In this document: one piece after another, positions 58,431 to 64,000 of the stretch
How the letters are laid out: the number at the start of each line of letters is the position of its first letter
Position numbering within the stretch: position 1 is the stretch's first letter
DNA from: Candidatus Latescibacterota bacterium
GTDB taxonomy: Bacteria > Latescibacterota > UBA2968 > UBA8231
Assembly (NCBI GenBank): GCA_965261395.1
Contig: OZ253462.1
Location: forward strand, 5,760,001-5,824,000
Direction of reading: 5' to 3'
Length of the DNA: 64,000 nucleotides
Translations under genes and position numbers: made by a program
Notes under the pieces: generated by a model
What the model was told of the DNA's origin: nothing
What the model saw: only the letters and a program-made list of their open reading frames with translations
The model's database searches: none

Positions 58431-59237
58431 TTAAATCGTTGTCGCTAAAAATCCCCCGTCAACGCGGATGTCCGTGCCAGTGACGAAGCCGCTGGCTGCG
58501 TCCGACGCGAGGAACACCGCCGCGCCGACTAGCTCTTCGGGGCGGCCAAAGCGATCCATGGGCGTGTGGGAGAGGATTTGTTGGCCGCGCTCGGTTGGGG
58601 TGCCGTCTTCCTCAAAGAGCAAGCGGCGGTTTTGCTCGGCGGGGAAAAAGCCCGGGGTGATGGAGTTGACCCGTACGCCTTGGTCGGCCCACTCGCGCGC
58701 GAGGAATTGCGTCAGGTTCACGACGGCCGCTTTAGCCGCGGAGTACGCCACCACCCGCGAAACCGGCAGGTGGGCGGCAACCGAGGCGATGTTGATGATG
58801 CTACCCCGGCCCCGTGCGACCATGGCCGAGCCGAATTCTTGGCAGGGCAACAGCGCGCCAGCCCCCAAGTTCAGGTCGAAACAACGCTGCCAATCGTCGG
58901 TTGTTATCGCGGCAAAGTCTAGGTCGTCGTTCAGGGTCACCTGCGGCTGATTGCCGCCGGCTGCGTTGAGTAGCACGTTGACGGGACCCAATGCCGCGAC
59001 GACCGCTTCATGGGCTGCCTTGAGCGATGCTTTGTCCGTGGCGTCGCAGGCGGCGAAAACGCCCGTGCCTCCTGCTGCCTCTATTGCCGCTACTCGCTTA
59101 TTCCCCCGGTCGTGGTCCCGCCCCAACACTGCTACAGAGGCTCCGGCCTCGGCCAATCCCTGGGCCATCGCCCCGCCCAATACGCCGGTCCCACCGATGA
59201 CTGCCGCTACTTCGCCGCGCAAATTCCATTGACTCAT
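58431..59237 (-). CDS. SDR family oxidoreductase (mannonate/gluconate dehydrogenase-like)
   Basis: GGTGVLG, NAAGGN, YSAAK, VNSITPGFFPAEQN, VTGTDIRVDGGF. Confidence 0.9.
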   Translation of the reverse strand: MSQWNLRGEVAAVIGGTGVLGGAMAQGLAEAGASVAVLGRDHDRGNKRVAAIEAAGGTGVFAACDATDKASLKAAHEAVVAALGPVNVLLNAAGGNQPQVTLNDDLDFAAITTDDWQRCFDLNLGAGALLPCQEFGSAMVARGRGSIINIASVAAHLPVSRVVAYSAAKAAVVNLTQFLAREWADQGVRVNSITPGFFPAEQNRRLLFEEDGTPTERGQQILSHTPMDRFGRPEELVGAAVFLASDAASGFVTGTDIRVDGGFLATTI

Positions 59238-59238
59238 T

Positions 59239-59946
59239 TCAATACCCCAGTGCTTTAGATAACAGTCCAATAGTGCCGCCGAACACATTGCCCCAGACGA
59301 TTAGCCAGCCCAAGTGCTCGCGGATTACTTCCTCCATCATCTCCTTGACCCGGTCGGGCGTCAGCTCCTCTAACTTGGTCTCCAGCAGTCCGTCAACCTG
59401 CGCCCGCATCGCTTTGACTTCTGTGCCCGCTCCGCCGGCCAAAAGCGGCGCGATCTCGCTCCCGACCCCGACCACGAACTGCTTGACCAGCGGCTTGACC
59501 GTCTGCGTCCCTACCAGTTGGATCATCATTCCCTGCGGCGATTCCGCCAACTCTTCCAGCTTGCGGTCAATGATTGCGTCCACCTCGTCGGACGCCAGCA
59601 CCGTTTGCACCTTTTCTCCCACATCCTCTCCGGCCATCTGCTCGGCGAGGAATCGCTCCAGATACTCCTCGTCGAAGAAGTAGCGCATGATGGCATCTTT
59701 GACCGCTTCCCTGATGGCGCGAAACCGCGCCGGAATCACTCCCGACCCGTACAGCAGGGGCACGCGGTCGAAGAGCATCTTTACTGCCAACCAATTGGTC
59801 GCTCCGCCGGCAAAGCCAAACAACCCAACCGCCAACACCCACTCGCTGCCGCCGACGCCCTCAACGCGCCCCCAGAGGCCCGCCACCAGCAGGGCGAGCG
59901 AAATCAGGTTGCTGACGTTGCCCTTTTCCCAACGCGCTTTCTGCAT
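59239..59946 (-). CDS. DUF445 family membrane protein
   Basis: GGATNWLAVKMLF, GVIP, HLGWLIVWGNVFGGTIG. Confidence 0.82.
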   Translation of the reverse strand: MQKARWEKGNVSNLISLALLVAGLWGRVEGVGGSEWVLAVGLFGFAGGATNWLAVKMLFDRVPLLYGSGVIPARFRAIREAVKDAIMRYFFDEEYLERFLAEQMAGEDVGEKVQTVLASDEVDAIIDRKLEELAESPQGMMIQLVGTQTVKPLVKQFVVGVGSEIAPLLAGGAGTEVKAMRAQVDGLLETKLEELTPDRVKEMMEEVIREHLGWLIVWGNVFGGTIGLLSKALGY

Positions 59947-59951
59947 AGAAG

Positions 59952-61046
59952 TTACCGCGCCGTCTTCGTCTTCTGCTTGTCTTCGTGCCGTTCGATCCCC
60001 AACTGAATCAACCGGTCAATCAACGCCCCGTAGCTCACCCCGCTCGCCTCCCACAGCTTGGGATACATACTGATGGGCGTAAACCCCGGCATGGTGTTGA
60101 TCTCGTTGAGAAAAATCGCCTCGTCGCTTTCGCGCACGAAAAAGTCCACTCGCGCCAACCCCCAGGCTTCCACCGACTGAAAGGCCCGGATGCCCATCTC
60201 GCGCACGGCCTCTTGGGTGGCGGGCGAGATGCGCGCCGGAATGATTAGATCGGAATTGTCGTCGATGTATTTGGCGTTGTAGTCGTAAAAGTCGTTGCCC
60301 GGCACGATCTCACCGGGCACGGACGCCTCTGGCGACTCGTTGCCTAAGATCGCTACCTCGACTTCGCGGCAGCCGCTAGCTTCGGCCTCGACCACGATCT
60401 TGTAATCGTATTGCGCTGCCTCGTCGATGGCCTGCTCCAGTTCGGCACCATCGCTGGCCTTGCTCACCCCGACGCTCGAACCAAGATTCACCGGCTTGAC
60501 GAAGACGGGATAGGCCAGCGCGGCTTCGACCTCGGCGCGTACCCCGGCGCGGTCCTTTTCCCAACGGCTGCGCCGCACCACTTGGTAGTCCACCTGCGGC
60601 AATCCCTCGGCCTTGAAGACCCGTTTCATTAGCTCCTTGTCCATGCCCACGGCCGAGCCGACGACCCCGGCTCCTACATACGCAATATTGGCCAGTTCCA
60701 TCAGGCCCTGTATGGTGCCGTCCTCGCCATAGGGGCCGTGCAGGAGGGGGAAGATCACGTCGAGGGTTTGGTCCTGCACATCGCCTTGCTGCGCCACTAG
60801 CGTGCGCGTCCCCAGATAGTCCAGCGCCACCGGTGTTAGCCCATCCTCGCGGACTTGACTAGACGCCAGAAGCTGCTGCGTGTCCGCTGCGGACAGCCAG
60901 CGTCCTTCCTTGGAGATGCCGATCATCACCAGTTCGTACTTGTCCTTGTCGATGGCTTCCAACATCGAGCGCGCCGAAATCACCGAGACTTCGTGCTCGG
61001 CCGAGCGCCCACCGCAGAGCACTCCGAGGCGTATCTTGCGACCCAT
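59952..61046 (-). CDS. ddl: D-alanine--D-alanine ligase
   Basis: GGRSAEHEVS, LHGPYGEDGTIQG, GSSVGVSK, FYDYNAKY, NEINTMPGFT. Confidence 0.97.
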   Translation of the reverse strand: MGRKIRLGVLCGGRSAEHEVSVISARSMLEAIDKDKYELVMIGISKEGRWLSAADTQQLLASSQVREDGLTPVALDYLGTRTLVAQQGDVQDQTLDVIFPLLHGPYGEDGTIQGLMELANIAYVGAGVVGSAVGMDKELMKRVFKAEGLPQVDYQVVRRSRWEKDRAGVRAEVEAALAYPVFVKPVNLGSSVGVSKASDGAELEQAIDEAAQYDYKIVVEAEASGCREVEVAILGNESPEASVPGEIVPGNDFYDYNAKYIDDNSDLIIPARISPATQEAVREMGIRAFQSVEAWGLARVDFFVRESDEAIFLNEINTMPGFTPISMYPKLWEASGVSYGALIDRLIQLGIERHEDKQKTKTAR

Positions 61047-61210
61047 GTATTGCTATTCCTTTGGTTAAGTTGCGAGTAGAGTTTCCCCTTCCAAAATATA
61101 GAAGGGATGCTGAAAACTGTCGAGGAATAGCAACTTGCCCCTGCTGCGCGAATTGCGTACCTCTTTCCGCGTCTCCATATCTAACCCTACTGCTGTGAGG
61201 AGCGAAACCC

Positions 61211-62023
61211 GTGAAATACCGCTATGCCGAAATGATTTGGAACGAGACTCGGGACGCCGCCGCCGCGGGCCGCGTCGCCGTGTTGCCCGTCGCCACTCAC
61301 GAAGACCACGGCCCGCATCTGCCGGTGGATACGGACGTGGTGCTGTGCCACGGCATCTGCGAGCGCGCCGTGGCCCGCATCCCCGAAGAGGCGGTGCTCG
61401 CCCCACCCGTCACTCACGGCTACAGCCCGCACCACATGGACTTCCACGGCACCCTGACCATTACGTGGGATACTTTTATCCGCTACGTCAAGGACGTGTG
61501 TTGCAGCTTGGCCCACCACGGCTTTGAGCGCATCCTCATCGTCAATGGCCACGGCTCCAATACCTCGCCGCTCGACCTAGCGGCCCGTCTCACCGTCCTT
61601 GAATACGAGGGCCAGATCCTCTGCGCCTCGGTCAATCACTGGGATATACGCCGCGCCAAGACCGTGGGCAACGAACTGCGCGACTCGGACTACGGCGGCA
61701 CCTCGCACGCCGGCGAATACGAGACTTCGCTCTATCTCGCGCTCAAGCCGGAGCTGGTGGAAATGGACAAGGCCGTTGACGAGCGCTCGCCCCTGTCGTC
61801 CAGCTTCCGCACCGATCTGTTGGCTGGTACGCACCCCGAGGGGTCGGGTGCGCGGCTGATACCCTATTGGAGCCAGCAGACGGCCAGCGGGGTTATGGGC
61901 GACGCGACCAAAGCCACTAAGGAAAAGGGTGAGAAATTTTTAGCAGCGGCGACCGAGGGGCTTGTAGAGCTAATCCGCGAGCTGAAGAATCAGCCGATCC
62001 TGCCGCGCCGCGATCAGCATTGA
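61211..62023 (+). CDS. Creatininase family protein
   Basis: EDHGPHLPVDTD, NGHGSN, HAGEYETS. Confidence 0.9.
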   Translation: MKYRYAEMIWNETRDAAAAGRVAVLPVATHEDHGPHLPVDTDVVLCHGICERAVARIPEEAVLAPPVTHGYSPHHMDFHGTLTITWDTFIRYVKDVCCSLAHHGFERILIVNGHGSNTSPLDLAARLTVLEYEGQILCASVNHWDIRRAKTVGNELRDSDYGGTSHAGEYETSLYLALKPELVEMDKAVDERSPLSSSFRTDLLAGTHPEGSGARLIPYWSQQTASGVMGDATKATKEKGEKFLAAATEGLVELIRELKNQPILPRRDQH

Positions 62024-62065
62024 CGCGAACAGTATCCTTTCCCATTACCCAATCAGGAGCCTTCA

Positions 62066-62794
62066 ATGACCGAACAAGAAATGCTCGACGAGCTGAAAAA
62101 CTTTGACACGCCCTCGATTACCAACGTCGTCGCTACCTACCCGGGCGACCCCTTGTGCTTGGGGCTATACAATCCCTGGAGCGAAAACTGGTACACCGAC
62201 CAGTCGCTGCGCTGCATGTATCCCGAGCTCGGCCCTACCGTCGGCTACGCGGTCACCTGTACTTACGGCCTGCCCGATCCCAATTACAGCGGCGTTAGCT
62301 TCATGGACGTTCTCGACGCCCTCGACGCCTCGCCCAAGCCGACGATCTTCGTCTTCCAGCAGAAGTTTCCGCCCGAAATCGAGGGCAAGATCGGCTTGGC
62401 TGGCGGCAATATGACCACTGCCATGCAGGCTGTCGGCTGCGTCGGCGCGATTTCCAATGGCCCCTCGCGCGACATCGACGAGATTCGCCCGATGAAATTC
62501 CAGTACTTGCTTAGCGGCATCACCGCCGGTCACGGTGCCATGGCGGTCCACGCGGTCAATGTCCCCGTCTCGGTTGCCGGTATGGACGTGGCTCCAGGCG
62601 AGATCATCCACATGGACGAAAACGGCGCGGTAAAATTCCCTGCCGACAAGCTCAGCGCTGTGCTGGAAAACGTCCACGCCTTGCAAAAACACGAGGCCGA
62701 GCGCATGGCCCAGATGCGCCAAGCCACATCCGCGGCCGAACTGCGGGCTATTTTCGGCGGGCACTCGTACGGCGACGAGGAAGAGGAATCGTGA
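62066..62794 (+). CDS. RraA/HMG aldolase family protein
   Basis: VGYAVT, GGNM, NGPSRDIDE, PGEIIHMDENG. Confidence 0.85.
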   Translation: MTEQEMLDELKNFDTPSITNVVATYPGDPLCLGLYNPWSENWYTDQSLRCMYPELGPTVGYAVTCTYGLPDPNYSGVSFMDVLDALDASPKPTIFVFQQKFPPEIEGKIGLAGGNMTTAMQAVGCVGAISNGPSRDIDEIRPMKFQYLLSGITAGHGAMAVHAVNVPVSVAGMDVAPGEIIHMDENGAVKFPADKLSAVLENVHALQKHEAERMAQMRQATSAAELRAIFGGHSYGDEEEES

Positions 62795-62806
62795 TTAGAG
62801 GTAAGG

Positions 62807-63838
62807 ATGGGTGAAGCTCCTCACAAAATCGCCTTCGCCGGCTTCCGCCACGGCCACATATTCGACCTCTACTCACTGGCCTGCGCCTCGGCTGCGCTCG
62901 AAGTGGTAGCTGCATGCGAGGAGCACGCTGAGACGCGCGCCGAAATCCACGCAAAGGGCCGCGCGGCAATCACCCACGACCGGATCGAGCAAATGCTCGA
63001 CGAGGTGGACTGCGATATCGTCGCGACCGGCACCTATTTCGCCGGTCGCGGCCCGGTGCTGATCGAAGCCCTCGCGCGCGGCAAACACGTCATCAGCGAC
63101 AAACCCCTGTGTACCAAGATGGCCGACCTCGACCGCATTGAGACGCTGGCGCACGAGAAAAATCTCAAGGTCGGCTGCATGTTGACCATGCGCGATGCCG
63201 CCCCGGTTATCGGCGCGCGCAACCTGATCCAAGCCGGCCGCATCGGCGAAGTCCACGCTATCGCCTTTGGCGGCCAACACCCGCTGCTCTTGGGTTCGCG
63301 ACCCGGCTGGTATTTTGAACAGGGCAAGCACGGCGGCACCATTGCCGATATTGGCATCCACGCCATCGACGCTTTGCCTTGGGTCACTGGCCGCGAGTGG
63401 GCGAAAATCAACGCCGCGCGCTGCTGGAGGGCCTTGGCCCCCGAGGGTCTCCACTTGGAGGATGCCGGGCAGATGATGCTGGAGATGGACAACGGCTGCG
63501 GGGTCTTGGGCGATGTGTCGTACTTCGCACCCGATAGGGCCGGCTACGCGATGCCCTACTACTGGCGGACTACGTTTTGGGGGCGGGATGGAGTAATCGA
63601 GACTTCGACTACGGCCAAGGACATTCAAGTGCTCGGCAGGGAAGACGCCACCGTGCAGATTGAGCCGCTACCCCCGGCCCAACGAGGCAGCTACCTGCGC
63701 TCCTTCCTCGACGACATCGCCGGCGAAGTGCCCGCCAACGGCCTCGACACCGCTGCCGTGCTGCGCTCGACGCGTAACGTCCTTCGCATTCAGGAGGCAG
63801 CCGACAGGGGGGAGCGCGAAGTGGGGTTCAGTAGCTGA
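62807..63838 (+). CDS. Gfo/Idh/MocA family oxidoreductase
   Basis: GKHVISDKP, GGTIADIGIHAID. Confidence 0.88.
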   Translation: MGEAPHKIAFAGFRHGHIFDLYSLACASAALEVVAACEEHAETRAEIHAKGRAAITHDRIEQMLDEVDCDIVATGTYFAGRGPVLIEALARGKHVISDKPLCTKMADLDRIETLAHEKNLKVGCMLTMRDAAPVIGARNLIQAGRIGEVHAIAFGGQHPLLLGSRPGWYFEQGKHGGTIADIGIHAIDALPWVTGREWAKINAARCWRALAPEGLHLEDAGQMMLEMDNGCGVLGDVSYFAPDRAGYAMPYYWRTTFWGRDGVIETSTTAKDIQVLGREDATVQIEPLPPAQRGSYLRSFLDDIAGEVPANGLDTAAVLRSTRNVLRIQEAADRGEREVGFSS

Positions 63839-63902
63839 CGAGGTGAAAGTGGGGAGAAAAACCTACGGCGAGCGAGGATGCTTGTGCTCCAAACTATAGC
63901 TG

Positions 63903-64000
63903 TCAAGGCGCGTCGAGCAGCGTGTAGTCGAGGTCTGCGACGTGGCGATAGTCGCTATCGAAGGTCAACAGGCACCCGCGGCACTCCATCGTCGCTGCTG
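63903..64000 (-). CDS. C-terminus of a PIN-domain (VapC-like) protein, 5' part off window
   Basis: Manual translation AATMECRGCLLTFDSDYRHVADL..*, matching the PIN-terminal LxTxDxD motif. Confidence 0.6.
   Translation of the reverse strand, partial: AATMECRGCLLTFDSDYRHVADLDYTLLDAP

Overview
GC-rich bacterial chromosome segment. Gene content (several PhyH, Gfo/Idh/MocA and UxuA-like paralogues, BamD/CpoB, a C-terminal SWGxIK motif) is suggestive of a Latescibacterota/Poribacteria-like diderm; this is an inference. Core genes (map, topA, xerC, thyA, five tRNAs, rfaE2, bamD, nadD, thrC, proA, htpG, ddl) flank two accessory regions. (1) 22.4-34.8 kb holds an intact sspABCD-type DNA phosphorothioation module. 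It is followed not by recognisable sspE or sspFGH but by a small protein, a CxC-hook ABC/DndD-like ATPase cut by an IS903-like IS5 element (no target duplication, so probably an adjacent deletion), a DGQHR/DndB-like protein and a compact SNF2 helicase. (2) 43.9-58.5 kb is a lower-GC integron-like cassette region with no integrase in the window. It has five clear attC sites, and three copies of a ~145-160 bp unit made of a copy of the 3' end of the neighbouring SDR gene, a sigma70 promoter (TTGCGA-N17-TACCTT) and an attI-like site. Its cargo is methyltransferases, phosphotransferases, NUDIX, GH5, AraC-VOC, three HEPN-motif proteins, a 146-bp MITE and an IS630 remnant.
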